A stretch of DNA of 64,000 bases, taken from positions 3,038,001 through 3,102,000 of the forward strand of contig ML978121.1 of assembly GCA_010015805.1 (NCBI GenBank), written 5' to 3'. This document shows, one piece after another, positions 49,236 to 62,294 of this stretch (position 1 is the stretch's first letter; each line of letters starts with the position of its first letter). The notes beneath the pieces are model-generated. The model made no database searches. It saw only the letters and a program-made list of their open reading frames with translations, and had not been told where the DNA came from. A program made the position numbers and the translations under genes. This DNA is from Rhizodiscina lignyota (Eukaryota).

Positions 49236-50941
49236 CTAGAAAAGCTTGTGCTCGAGGGTCATGTCGGATTCAGGCTCAAGTCCAACACAGGCGCGGAAGA
49301 TGTTCGTCAAGGCAGCACGCTGCTTGGCGAGAGCATTGACGACAGGAGTTCCCGGAGGCGTCAAGGGCGCCTGGTTTCAATCAGCAAGTTAACAAGAACA
49401 GGGCAGTGCAGCATAACTAACCTTGAGCATATAGCTGAGAACGCTCAGAACGCTGTGGAAGCCTGCATAATCCGCTTCCGACTGAGCCTTCCACTGGACG
49501 CGGGTCATCATCTCCGTAACCAGGACAAGGTCAATGATCAGGGGCGACGCAAGCAGAGAGTCCTCGCAGACGTTGAAGATCGAAATGGTCTGATGGCCAC
49601 CCATGAAGATCTCGGCATAGTATTCGTCCAAGGCACGCTTGTTATCGCCCACAGCAGGCATGTACTTGATGACGACAGTGTGATCGGGATGCTCGCCCTC
49701 CTTGTAGAGCACGGTGTTGGCGGCAACCATATCATCCACGACGTTGGACTTGGAGATCTCCTTGCTGCGGAATTGCTTGTAGGAGTTCAAGTTCAAGCCG
49801 TCATTGTTGCCAAGGTGGTTGTAGCTGGCAATGGAGGTGAGTTTGATACCTGCATTGATGAGGAAGTCCACAAGAGCAGATTTCATCTTGGTCTGGCCGG
49901 ACTTGAAGTCATCACCACCGATGAAGGCGCCATGCTTCTCCGCCAGCTTGACTGCACCAGGGACGAAGGTGTTCTGGGGCGAGCCGTTGATGAATGGGGT
50001 TCCTTCGAGAATACAGGCGACAGCAAAGACTGTAGAGGGAGAAATTTCCTCGTGGCCAGCCTCAATTGACTTCAAGAGGTTCTCATCGGTATCATTGACA
50101 CCTTCGATGATGTCGGCATAGCGCTCCGTATTTGCGGTCCACAGAACAATGACCTTGTCCAAGTCATTTGCGGCCTTGAAATCGCTTCACAGGAGGTCAG
50201 TTTCGTGACAGGAGAAGGGATTCGAGACACTCACCGGATATCTTTGCGAATGTGGTCCACATGATCCATGCAAGCCTTTGAACCCGGAATCAAGTTGTCG
50301 GCGCGGCCTTCTTGGTTGGCAGCAATGAAGTCAGGGTAGTAAATGCTGGGCAATGGCTTGATTGTAGCCATCTCCTTGCGCACGAGGCTCTTCAAGCTCG
50401 GTTCGAGCACCTGAGCACGATCCATGGCAGCAGCCAAGTCCAGTCCGCTGAGATCCCAGCCACCAATGACAAGGTCGTTAGGATGGACCATGGGGACCAA
50501 GTTGTGGAACGGAATGTTGATCTCCTTGTCGGTCTTCGCGTCGGTACCGAGTTTGACGGTGGACGCCATGATGACTGAGCCATAGTAGTTGGCAGCTTGA
50601 GTACCTTCACGAGTATCCCAGACCAGTCCACGGCGGTTGGCGAGAATACCAGCAGTTACAGTAGAACCGTTGTTACCACCCAAGCCTACGAGCATCACAC
50701 CGGTTTTTGGCAGCTTACGGTCGACCTTGAAGTCGTACACAGTCTCCTTTGGCGTGGCGACAAACTTACCGTTCTCTCCAGTTGAAATTGACGTGGTGCG
50801 GTAGGTGTACTTGCTCCTGATTTCTTCGTCCGTGTAGACGACATTGGGAGAGTTCACCACGAAGAGATCGTCACGAGCCTGGGAGACAACACCAGCTCCA
50901 TTTGCCCCATTTGGATAGCGTTCTTCAGCGTGAGGTGCCAT
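49236..50941 (-). CDS. INO1: Inositol-3-phosphate synthase (3 coding exons)
   Basis: [60 protein letters not shown] and [10 protein letters not shown]. Confidence 0.98.
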
Positions 50942-52019
50942 TTTTGCTGATCAGTAATTGCTCACTTCCTTTGTTGAAAAGGTCGTTTATTGCACTTCAG
51001 CTGCCTCCGTTGATCCACCTGCAGGAGGCGAAGTACGAAGGCCGGCGAAGGGGTGATGGACCCTGAGGAAGCATCAGAAACAATTCTCCAAAGACTGGAA
51101 TGGTCGCGAAAAGAGCAGTTCTGTGAACTTACGAGTTTAGGAGATTAGAAAACGTCTTGGCGACTGGGCAATGGCCCTGAAATTAATTTCGAGAGCGTTG
51201 AAGTAAATTGGCGCCTGGAACAGTTACGATCGTCAGAGTTGAGGTAAACTCAAAATACTGGTTGAGTATAGATTGAAGTTACCTGGTGAGAGAGTTTTCA
51301 AGCCGTGACGGTGGGTGATTCTGACAAGAAGAGATGGAGCGGTGGAAGGTGACCTTTATGTACCTATCGCGTATTTGTGGGCGGGAAACTGCGGACCCTT
51401 AGGCCACGGAGTCCCCGGCACGCGCATCTCAAGGGACCAACAACAAGCCAATGAGATTTATCCGTCAACCTAGAAGGTGCAGAATAGCGCAGGAACCGCG
51501 TGATTGGAAGCAAGAGGCTGAAAGATTTGCGCTTTTCTTACACGTCGACCTCGCGTAGAGAACGTTTTTTGCCTACTTCCGGCGATAAGGAGCCCTGAAC
51601 TCGCGCCATGCAGTGGAACGTGTACAAATCTCGGCATGTGATCGTGTGACCCCAATATTCGAGCAAATAATCATCGTCACTACTGCATGCAACGACCTAA
51701 ATTGTTGTTGAGAACTGCAGCTAGAGCGAGCGGGTTGTTCGCTTCAACATTGATAGTCCTCGGCGGTGAGATTGTCAGGCCCGCGTACCCGAAGCGGGCC
51801 GCTCAGGAATTCTCTTTCATCAAATTACTTGTCAAGAACGATTGGAAAAGATGCAGTTCAAATCCAACTGATTTGATTTGATCAGAGAGTAAATGTAAGA
51901 GTCGCCGATACCCACTGTCAAAGTACTGCTCCCGCAGCGGCTGTATTGGCGCCGTTAGAATTATCTCGTAAAAGAATCCGGACCCTGGTATCTCCAACGC
52001 TAAGAATATCAAGAGACAC

Positions 52020-53354
52020 TCAGTTGACTGCCGCTTGTGCAACTCCCTCGTTCGACGGTTCTTCGGATCTTGCCTCGCCGTTATCTTTTGCTTCTGTCGT
52101 TGCTGCCCAGCGGTCAAGGCTGGCTTCAACCTGAGGGGACCAGACCTCCTCCTCTTTGCCGATATCTTCATACTCGACCACGTTCTTGCCCAACTCGAAG
52201 TCGCCTTGTCTTGATCGTACAAGTGCGGCCATGAGACCGAGGCTTCCCACAGCGGCACCTAGATCATGCGCGAGGCTACGCACATAGAACCCAGACGAGA
52301 CCGTCATGCGAAGGCGTACAGCTGGCGCCGGACAGGGAGGTAGCGGTTCTACAGTCTCTGAAGTCTTAACCTCGTCGTTGCTAGTTGGTGCTGCAACTTC
52401 ATCGTTCTTTTCGGTTTCCTTAGGAGGTGGAAGTGCCCCTGACATCAGTGCCTCTGGCTCAGTTCTTTGTCTCTTCCGGGACGGCGATGTCGCCGTAATT
52501 AGATGGTCTGTGGAATCTTCTCGCTTTCTTCTCAGGCCCGGAGACGAGTCGGCGCTATTAGAGGGACCCTTGAGCGTGCTATCATCAATCGCCTTGTCTT
52601 CTACGGCCATGACCTTCTGTGCAGCTGCCTTCAACGCACTATCCGCTTCCTCTGTGGGAAATTGATATTGATGACTTCCACCGTCAAGCCATTCTAGCAG
52701 CTCTAATTCGTGGACTTTAACGGGACGTTCCTGTATTTCAATGGGCAGTTCTTCGCCCTTTCTGGCGTACTCGTACATTGGTTTGCCCTGGACCTTGAGT
52801 GCAGAAAAGATGGGTGGCTTCTGCATTATATTTCCTCTAAACTTGGCCAGCGCCTCCTCTACACTACTCCGTGTGATATGCTCGCACGGGGCTCTGGCAA
52901 CAATCTTCCCAACGGCATCGTAAGAGTCGGTTGCAGCTCCAAATAAGACGACGGTCTCGTAAGTTTTGGTGCATTCGAGAAACTGGTTGAGACACTTTGT
53001 GCCACTACCGACGCCTACAATCAGGACGCCTGTTGCCATGGGATCCAGCGTGCCCCCGTGTCCAAGCTTCACCTGGAGATTGCGGAATCGAGTCTTCTGT
53101 TTGTAGCTCCATTTCCTATTCTTTGGTCGATTATATTCGTCATTTAGACGGTCCTTCTCACGGGCAAGCCATGGCGCAAACGTCTTTGACGGGTTGAAGG
53201 CGGACTGGAGGTCTCGGAGAACTTGTGCGGAGGATATGCCTAGGGGTTTATGGACAGCTACAGCACGCAGGTGCGTTAGCTCTCGAATGCAATAGATCCA
53301 ATTCGCTAGGCACAAACCAAAGACACCCTCAATGATTTTTGATGATTGAGACAT
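52020..53354 (-). CDS. PUS4: tRNA pseudouridine-55 synthase (TruB family)
   Basis: AVHKPLGISSAQVL, KLGHGGTLDPMATGVL, QKPPIFSALKVQGK and SSGFYVRSLAHD. One in-frame intron near the 5' end. Confidence 0.95.
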   Translation of the reverse strand: MSQSSKIIEGVFGLCLANWIYCIRELTHLRAVAVHKPLGISSAQVLRDLQSAFNPSKTFAPWLAREKDRLNDEYNRPKNRKWSYKQKTRFRNLQVKLGHGGTLDPMATGVLIVGVGSGTKCLNQFLECTKTYETVVLFGAATDSYDAVGKIVARAPCEHITRSSVEEALAKFRGNIMQKPPIFSALKVQGKPMYEYARKGEELPIEIQERPVKVHELELLEWLDGGSHQYQFPTEEADSALKAAAQKVMAVEDKAIDDSTLKGPSNSADSSPGLRRKREDSTDHLITATSPSRKRQRTEPEALMSGALPPPKETEKNDEVAAPTSNDEVKTSETVEPLPPCPAPAVRLRMTVSSGFYVRSLAHDLGAAVGSLGLMAALVRSRQGDFELGKNVVEYEDIGKEEEVWSPQVEASLDRWAATTEAKDNGEARSEEPSNEGVAQAAVN

Positions 53355-53624
53355 GATTGCGCGGCCATTGGGCACTGTGCTATGCACCCGAGTGTTGTGC
53401 AGAAGGAAGATGGTTCAAGTTGGACTGCACTGAAACTTTCTTTGGCTGAACCCTGTGCGTCACTTCCCCACGCGCCGCCGACACCGCGACGCGCTGTCAA
53501 ATGACATTGCCGCTACTGAAGCGCCTCTCCTTCCATCCACTCTTCAAGAACTTTACATCCACAATCGTGCCAACAACACTTACGAGGCAGACATTATGCA
53601 AGCGAGCCTTCGCGCATATTCACT

Positions 53625-55866
53625 ATGGCGACCGCGGAGAATAAAGTGTTGAAGCCACGAGACCCCTCTATGCGCAGCGAGGACGACTGGCCTCAGATCT
53701 TCCTTAGCAACGCCGAGATCGTTGATAGCAAGCATGGACAGATTGCAAATCTGCTGGAAGCGGACACGAAGACTCCGGTGACAGTAACTGGTCGATTGGG
53801 CAATCTCAGAAAGGATCAACTCCATCTCTGTACGGCCAATACCTATCTCCTACCAACTTCGAAAGTCGTCAGTCACTGATCAAGGGATATAGTACTGAAC
53901 CCATCCTCAACCTCGCCCAAAATCGAAATTTCGAATGTGACGCGATACGCATACGGCCAATTCGACGATGGCGCCTACGCAATATGGGCACTCGGACAGG
54001 CTGGTTGGTTCGAAATACGCCCTGGCAAGAGTTACAAGCCGATGTACGACCACATGGTTGAGGCCGTCGACTTATTCTACTTCCTAAAGGACACCCACGG
54101 CTCTTCCGATGGCGAGCATCACAGTGCTAAGAAGTTATTTGCAATGGTGAGTCTAGCTTCCTTGTCTCCTGGCAGTAGCTGAACGTTTGCAGTACGCGAA
54201 AGATCATTCCCACCGAGCGAAAACTCCCACCGCAGCTGCGGAGCTGATGTATAAGCATCGATTTTTCCTCGCCAAAGCCATGGCGAAAGAGGATAGAGAG
54301 CAAAAGATGTCCTACTGGACGACGACACCTCTCCACACGCACTTGAAGGAAAAATTTCCTGTAAGTTGTCGAAAGTTCAACGATTTTGCGCAATCACTGA
54401 GCGTTACTCCTAGGAAATGTTCATAACCTCTCCAAAACCACGTCCGCGTACAGCATCGGTTAGAAGTGGTAGTGCCTCCGTTGCTAACGGGCGCACTGTT
54501 CGCACACGCTCAGTCAGGAGCGCATCTCAAAAGGACGACAACGTCGATAATGTATCAACCACCTCATCTCGACGACGTGCAGCACAATTGGCTATGCCTA
54601 CCGATGATGAAATTGATGCCAGGGCCCGTATGATCTGGAAGCAGATGTTATCATTTGGCGGCAACCTGTACAACAACGGTCGTACAAGCCAACCTCAAGC
54701 CAGCACGGTGGCCGAGTTTGCTTCCAACTTATGGATGGCATTCAATTTCGAGACCAAGGACGATGCCGCTGATTACATGATGGCAATTGCGTCACGTCTC
54801 ATAAACTTTATGAGCGAGACTAAGCAGCGCAACACGAATTGGCATGCATTATCAGTATACGAGGAGTTACTTAGCGCGAAGCTACCCGCCGTAACAAGAA
54901 AGAAAATGCTTCTCCATGAGCTGAAGAAGCTGTCGCGGCAGGAGATGGCAGACAAAGTCAAAGTAAATGCGGACGAGGATAGCAGTGAATCATCCGAAAG
55001 TGATGATTCCTCAGAAGCGGTGGTCGAGCCGAATAGTCCTCAACGGCCGAAGTCAGTGTTGCGCCCGAAGAGCGGCAAGTTCGTAGACAAAGGACGCAGA
55101 CAGCGTGGAAAATCTTACCGCCAGTCAGTGGAAGCGACACAAGAGAATGAGGGAAGCGAAGATGATGGGATCATGGAGATTACCAGCCCATCAAAGCGAA
55201 AGGGCGAGGACCTTGACGGCGATATCAGACCAAGGAAACGAGCTGCTAGCGAAAGCCGAGACATCGAAGATATTGCCTCTGAGGACGACCTATCTGCTGC
55301 ATCTGCCTTAGAATCGGAAATGAGGACCCAATTGCCCTTGAGACAGAAGACTGAGCCTCCAGCTCCTGTTTTGAACGGAGGACGCCACACGTCAAGGAGT
55401 GAGCCGCCGCATATGCGCAACACTCGGAATCATCCTCGCCTTCCTACACCGACATCACCTCCACCGATAGTGACGGAAGAGTTGCCAACTACGGAGCCTA
55501 ACGGCCCAGAAGAGATGTGGATGTGTGGCGTCGACGGATGCACGCACAAGGTGTATGGCGCCGAAAAAGATCTCGGCAAGCGACTGGTCAAGGAGCATAT
55601 TGCGGAGCACGAGCAGCAGAGGAAGTCGGGCGAGGCGAACAACGAAGATGCAGCAGAAGAAGGCGCTGAAGCGGACGCTATCGCACTGGTGCGAATGGAG
55701 GAAGAAATGTGTCATTTGCCCGTCAGGTGCGTACTGTTGTCCTCTCAGAGTTTGATTCTGAAGCTGACCTTTATTTTACAGTAATCTGATCAAACGTATC
55801 AGAGAAATGGCGGAGATGAAACAACAGTCGCCCGCTTTCCCGGCTTCGATACAGCAACGCTATTAA
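53625..55866 (+). CDS. RFTS (DNMT1 replication-foci-like) domain protein with C-terminal C2H2-like finger; DIM-7/Raf2-like, multi-exon
   Basis: EDDWPQIFLSNAEI, NLLEAD..PVTVTGRL, YAYGQ...IWALGQAGWFEIRP..Y..MY..M.EA, WMCGVDGC...EHIAEH and a last exon NLIKRIRE. Confidence 0.75.
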
Positions 55867-56697
55867 TGCTCCATACTGGACGGGGCATTGGTGCTTTCGG
55901 TGAATCAGTTTTGGTTTAAGCTATGGCGTTGGTATGGAGGGGAGGGTCAAATACCATGAATCTTAGGTTGACGGATGGGCGTTTGACTTTCGTTCTTGGG
56001 CTTTGCGACCTCTCTTATTATAGTCTCGAGCATGAAGACATCAGGTCAGCACAGTTTGCTAGCCTGAACGCAGAATCCGACATTGAAATGTCTAAATCGC
56101 TGCCAACGGGCCCGTCCTCTCATCAGTAATCTCACGCGTCATAGCCAATTTGCTCAGCTCCTCCATAGACATATTTGAGTAGTTATGACCTCGTCTGAAC
56201 GTCATTGCATCCCGCCTTCTCTGATCCGACTCGGACAGGGTACCAACCACGACGGAAGAAATTGGGAAAGTTGAACCTGTGTGTCTCCTTGTCGTTGTTT
56301 GCCTTTCTGAAAAGTGATCGCGGGGGTAGAGCCCTTAGCTTCGTTATGGTTGCCCGCAGTACTACGGCGGACCACTTCAGCTATTGCGCAGCCCGGGACG
56401 CCAAGCTCCATCGTCGACCTCATGATGCACTCGAGCGGCAGGCGACCAAGCTTCCAACAGTCTCCCAGGCACCCACAAAGGACATATATCGTCCTTTGTT
56501 ACGCGCGACAATCCTACCCCTCTGACGATAACGACTCCCTACGATCGACCTACTCGACTGACCTAGCCTTCATCCGCCCCGCCTTTCCATTGGACCATCC
56601 ACGACGCTCGCTTCATAACAGTAGCTTTATCGAAGCTTGCCTACGCAAATTCTCAAGGCTATAGGGAGTGGCCACTGCGCCTGGAGCTTGCAGTACC

Positions 56698-57644
56698 ATG
56701 GCGTCGAAGAGAAAGGTGCTCCTGAAGGTGCGCAATGCGTCCATGGGCACCGTATTGCGGCAGAGGTTCTAATTCGAGAGGCAGGTTATAATCCTTGGGG
56801 ATAGCGGCGTCGGCAAGACCAGTCTTATGAACCAATACGTATGGTACATCGATTCCTTTCTCATCCCGCTTATAATAACGCCATCGATCTGCTTTTAGGT
56901 CAATAAGAAGTTCAGCGCTAGCTACAAGGCCACGATAGGTGCAGATTTCCTCACGAAAGAGGTCTTGGTGGACGACCGGCTCGTTACGATGCAGGTACGT
57001 TGAGAGCCATAAAGCGCTGGAAGGCAATTTGGCTGATGTTAGGCTAGCTGTGGGACACGGCAGGACAGGAAAGGTTCCAGTCTTTAGGCGTTGCATTCTA
57101 TCGCGGTGCCGACTGCTGCGTGCTAGTATACGACGTTAATAATTCGAAGAGCTTTGATACTCTGGATAGCTGGAGGGATGAATTCCTAATCCAAGCGAGC
57201 CCAATGGACCCAGAGAGCTTTCCATTTGTAGGCTTCTTCGATTGTTCGGGGACGGGACGGAAGAACTTACTGTGTCTAGGTTGTCCTTGGTAACAAGATT
57301 GACGTGGAGGAGAGCAAGCGCATGGTGGGTATTCTATAACGATGATGGTATTCCAATTGCTAATTATCTGCGCAAAGGTATCGTCAAAACGTGCAATGGC
57401 ATTTTGCCAGTCGAAAGGTGGAATACCCTACTTTGAGACGAGCGCCAAAGAAGCTGTGAACGTCGAGCAGGCCTTCGAAGGTACGGTGCTCTTCTCCTGG
57501 AACATTGAGCTTGAGAAACTAACTGTCCATCTAGTTATTGCAAGACAAGCCCTGGCTCAGGAGGAAGCGGGCGACTTCAACTCCGACCTTCCAGAGACAA
57601 TACCCATAAATTTAGAAGGCGAGAACCAAGGGTGTGCATGCTAA
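56698..57644 (+). CDS. YPT7: Rab7/Ypt7 GTPase, multi-exon
   Basis: [68 protein letters not shown] and a C-terminal CAC. Confidence 0.97.
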
Positions 57645-58090
57645 GCTTGAAAATGTGCCGATCTGTTTCCATGATGGTACCGGCGTTTTTGGTCGTCTTG
57701 TTCTACGATATCATGGCGTGCGTGCACTTCGCCGCATTAAGGCTTGTTCCCTGTAGAGAGACTATCGAACTGTACATAATGGTGCACTGCTTGTGAACAA
57801 ATATACCAATAAATACGACATCCATTTGCTGCGGACTGGTCAAGATTCAAATGCTTTTGGGCACGCGAGCATAGCTGCGTGGGGGTTTTCTGGCTCTTGT
57901 GACGATTCCCGTCTCCAACCACGCATGTGCCTGATTACCTCTGACATACCGACGGGCTTATCGCATCGCGCCATGTCGCAGCTCCTTTGTATTTATTTCT
58001 ATCCCCAAAAATCCTTCCTACGACGTTCACATCTTTCGGGCTTTCCATGACGAACCGGCGGATATACTCTCCCTCTCGTGAGTCTTCACG

Positions 58091-59572
58091 ATGAGTCCGC
58101 CTGTTTCATCTCACGACGTAGACACCGAGGCTGTTGGCAATGCGACAGTGCAGGCGCACGATAGTCCCACTTCAGACGTAGATTCCCTGGGTCCGACAAG
58201 CATCAGACCAGCATGGATGAAAAGATATCATTTTGACTATGGCAGTTGGCGGCATGCGCTGGGAATATCTTGCCTGCTGTCTACGGTGTTTCTGTGGACG
58301 GCATCGAACTTCATGGCCAGTGTGCGTTCAGGCTACCCCAAGCCCTATAATTACTGTCGCTAACTTGACGCTTCCAGACAATTCTTGCGGACAATACTTT
58401 CTCCAAGCCATATCTCGTCACCTACATTAATACGGCCTGGTTCATCATACCTCTCTTTCCTATGCTCTTACGCGAGCTTTACAACAACCCTTCGAAGATA
58501 TCGAATATAAGATACTTGTTTCAGAAGAGGAGGAATCGCTATGTTCAGCTATCTCAAGAGGAGGAAGGTGAAGACACCCCGGGGCGTACTATCAAACCAG
58601 TTCGAGGAGCCAACGGCATCATATCCAGCGCTAACGGCGACTTCGAGGACGGAAGCAGCTCAGAAGGCTATCAATCAAAAGCTTTCGCGCATGCCAGCTC
58701 GTCAAAGCTCTCCTTTCGCGAAACCGCCCGGCTAGCGCTCGAATTCTGCTTCCTGTGGTTCGCGGCCAACTACTTCATGGCGCTATGCCTCGAGCGCACC
58801 ACCGTCGCCTCGTCGACCATCCTCACGAGCACCAGCGGCATCTGGACGCTGCTCTTCGGCTCCATGATCGGCGTCGAGCGCTTCACGCTGCGCAAGCTGC
58901 TCGGCGTGCTGGCGTCGCTGGTCGGCATCGTGCTGATCTCCGGCGTCGACCTCAGCGGCAAGACGGACGAGAACCGCGGCAGCTTCCCACACAAGTCGCC
59001 AGCGGAGCTGGCGATGGGCAACGCCATGGCTGTCATCAGCGCCGTGCTCTACGGGGTGTACGCGTCGCTCATCAAGAAGAGGATTGGGGACGAGTCGCGC
59101 GTGAGCGTGGCTCTGTTCTTTGGGCTGGTGGGCGTTTACAATGTCCTTCTGCTGTGGCCGGGCTTGGTCGCGCTGCATTTCTCGGGCGTGGAGCGATTCG
59201 AGCTGCCGCCGACGCCGAGAGTCACGGTGATCATATTAGTATGCCTTCTTCATTCTTTCCCCTCCAACTGGCGTAAGACGCTTACCAGTGTGCTAGACAA
59301 ACGCCACAGCCTCGCTCTTCTCCGACATCACCTGGGCACTCGCAATGCTCTTCACTTCACCCCTTCTTGTAACGGTGGGCCTGAGCCTTACCATTCCGCT
59401 GAGCTTAATCGGCCAGATCGTGCTCAAGGGCCAGTACACGTCCTGGGTGTACTGGCTGGGCGCATTCGTTGTGTTTCTGTCATTCGTCTTCATCAACCAC
59501 GAGGAGGGGAAGGAGGCTGGCCCGACGGAGGCGCCTCTTCTGGCACGAGCGGACGACGAAGATGTGGGATGA
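58091..59572 (+). CDS. DMT/EamA-family transporter, Thi74/SLC35F5-like (3 exons)
   Basis: VFLWTASNF, FSKPYLVTYINT, LWFAANYF, TTVASSTILTSTSG and TSPLLVTVGLSLTIPLS. Confidence 0.9.
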
Positions 59573-61002
59573 AGCCGCTCCAATTGTACGACTGTATGAC
59601 TTGACGCATCTGTACATTGTCACATTATGCGTGTGATCGATCCTGGGTGTACAAGAATGGGCATCTTTTGTATGATGGAGCGCATGTCCAACTTGTTTGG
59701 GAAAACAATCACGATCAGATTTGATAATAGACATAAACATAGAGCGAGAGCCTCAGGGCCTGGCGCCAGAGGCCTGTTATATAACCAAAGCCCAATACTG
59801 GTAACTCTACACAGCCGTGCCTGCATCTGCTACAACCTCACCGTCACTCGAAGCATGATTCGAATTAGAAGCTTCTCTGCTCCTCTTCGCGAGCAGTGCA
59901 GGTTCTGACATAGTGCGGAGCTGTATTTACGGGCACGACCTTCGAGGATGTGCTTACCTTAGTCCTTTCCACTCCACACAGGCATGAGGGTGACAAAATA
60001 GTTGAGTCCTATAAAGTTTGAACGTATTCAGCAGAAGCGAGGTTTCCTCTTTAACTCTAGCGAGAGCATCTCTGAAAGGTCAATGTATTATATACTAGAG
60101 TTTATTTATCTAAACTACGCAGCTTCAGCATGTATAACTTACGTTAACTATCGAGGATATACATACTCGCAGTCCTATATATTGCAGGCACGACTCAACT
60201 ATTTTGTCACCCACCAGACAGGCAATCCGGGATAGAGTGAGTAGAGCTTGGAACAATGGTCGGTGGCACAAAACGGTCATCGTCAAAGGTATTTAGAGGA
60301 AAGAGCCGTGGCATATCTCTACACAACTATTCACGGCTATCCACGGCGCTTTCGAGGGAAAAGAAAAGTGTTATCCAGACCTATGCTTTTTGCACCGCCT
60401 CGTCCATCATCAGCAGAAGAAGAAAAAAGAGCAGAAAAGATTACACAAGAACTATAGAGAAAAAGGACCGCCAGGGAAACAAAGAGAAGGAAAGCTTAAA
60501 AGTACCGATCTGCCGTTTTGGAAGAAAAGCACCTCGGTGCACAGTCGAAAAAAAAGAGAGGAAGAGAGAACAGTGTGTGGTATTCCCTTCTGCCGAAGTT
60601 TCCACGCAGCCGACGAGGGCAGCGAGAAACAGAAAGGCTTCAGCAGTAGCCAAAGTGCCGATGAGGCACAAAAACAAACAGAGGTGCATAAAGCAAAATC
60701 CACGCCGCATCTGAACGCCCATTCAATGACACACTGTGAGAAAGAAGCCAGAATGGGATTTTGGGGCCTAGGTACTAAAAGCACCGTTCGCTAAAAGCGT
60801 TCCCCTCCCGTTGGCCTCGCAGAAAAAGCTTCTAATGACCCGCCGACTTGGATGCTGCCGCAAAACAGGTATACACTGCCATATGCCTCCGCTGTGTAGA
60901 CCTCCAGACCCGCTATTCAACTTCAATCCGTTCACTGTTGAGAACCCTTATTCATATCGCAACATTCGGCTTCGACACGCGAGATTGGCTCGTAGGATGT
61001 GG

Positions 61003-62294
61003 CTATATTAAGCCGCACATGCGCAGATTCTCTTGGATGATGATGTCTGTAACGCTTTTTATTAGTACTGGTCATTTATGGGGCACTATTGGCAGACTTG
61101 AAGTGGGGCAGGTAACTTACCGTTGACAGCCGCCATGACGAATCGGATCTGCATGGTATCGGTGGCGCAGGTGAAGTGGGTGTAGATCTGCTTGGTCTCG
61201 TGCTGGTTGAGGGAAACGAAGCGGTTCAGGATGTAGTCGCATGCCGCAGCATAGTCTGGACCGCCTTCGTAATCGGGGAAGTAGTTCTTCATCGGGCTGA
61301 TGGGCAGCTTCTCCTTGAAGCGGTCGATCTTGTTGAGGAAGAGGATGATGCTGGTCTTGACGAACCAGCGGCTGTTGCAGATGGAGTCGAAGAGAGTGAG
61401 GGCCTCCTGCATGCGGTTGACGGTCTCATCCTCGAACAGCAGCTGATCGTACTCGGAGATGGCGACAAGGAAGAGGATGGTAGTGACGTTCTCGAAGCAG
61501 TGGATCCACTTCTTTCGCTCAGAACGCTGGCCACCGACATCGAACATGCGGTATGTGAGGTCACCGATGATGAAGGTGGTCTCGGTGATACCCGTGGTCT
61601 TGACACGAGAGCGGAGGACATCCTGGTCGTTGGGCACGTAGTCTGGGGCGGCAATGCGGTCGATTGAGTCGAAGTAGCTATGGTGCAATGTGTCAGTCGT
61701 GATCGGGGATGGTGGGGTAAACAAACTTCGGATATGGGACAAGGGCAAGGCGGTGTGAACTTACTACTTGGCGGAGTCGTTGAGCTGGTACTCTCTCGAC
61801 CTCTGGAAGCACTGCTGCACGCCAGGGTCCTTCCACAACACGGCGATGGCGTTGCCAACTTCCGTCGGTAGCTTGTCTCCCTCGATCTGTGATGGCTGCA
61901 TGAAGATGGTCTGGACGTGGTACTCGGAGCGGTGGTCATCGAGAGGGATCTCGAGGGACTCCATGGCCTCGAGGATGACGCGCATGGACTGGACGGTGTT
62001 GCTGTAGATGATTTCCTTGAACGATTCTCGCTCGTCGCGCGAGTAGCCGCCCTCGTGGATCAGCTTCATCTGCTTAAGGATGGTGGATTTGCCGGATTCA
62101 CCAGCTCCTAATAAGAGCACGGTCACTGAGCGGATGTAATTTTTTTTTTCTCAATAGGGTAGAGGAGTGAACTTACCGAGCAGCAGCATCTTGATCTCGT
62201 TTCGCTGCATCATGCGGTCCTTCTTGAGCTGGTTTTCGATCTCCTCATTGCGCTGCTTGCCCTCCTTCTCCTCTGTGCTCATACCACAACCCAT
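61003..62294 (-). CDS. Heterotrimeric G-protein alpha subunit, group I (FadA/GNA-1/MagB type), 4 exons
   Basis: [13 protein letters not shown] myristoylation start, [31 protein letters not shown] and C-terminal NLRMCGLI. Confidence 0.97.

Noticed and set aside
49230..50069. 279-aa plus-strand ORF, and similar ORFs opposite G-alpha, BMT6 and the transporter
   Set aside because: These are antisense shadows of codon-biased conserved genes.
51635..51643. CATGTGATC as a UAS-INO element for INO1
   Set aside because: Only a partial match to the yeast CATGTGAAAT consensus, and a single E-box-like hexamer is expected by chance.
4591..55866. Apparent cullin/ubiquitin cluster (otubain, CSN2, CDT2, F-box, DIM-7-like)
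   Set aside because: The genes are spread over 50 kb among unrelated ones, and these categories are common. Without synteny data, coincidence is the simpler reading.
60000..60800. TA-rich patch and Lys/Arg-rich ORFs between the transporter and G-alpha
   Set aside because: Best explained as a convergent terminator region and the pyrimidine-rich 3' UTR of G-alpha. There is no transposon motif and no second copy in the window to support RIP.
13384..62294. Co-occurrence of Rho3, Ypt7, G-alpha and a Sec2-domain gene
   Set aside because: They are far apart and act in different pathways, with no sign of shared regulation.
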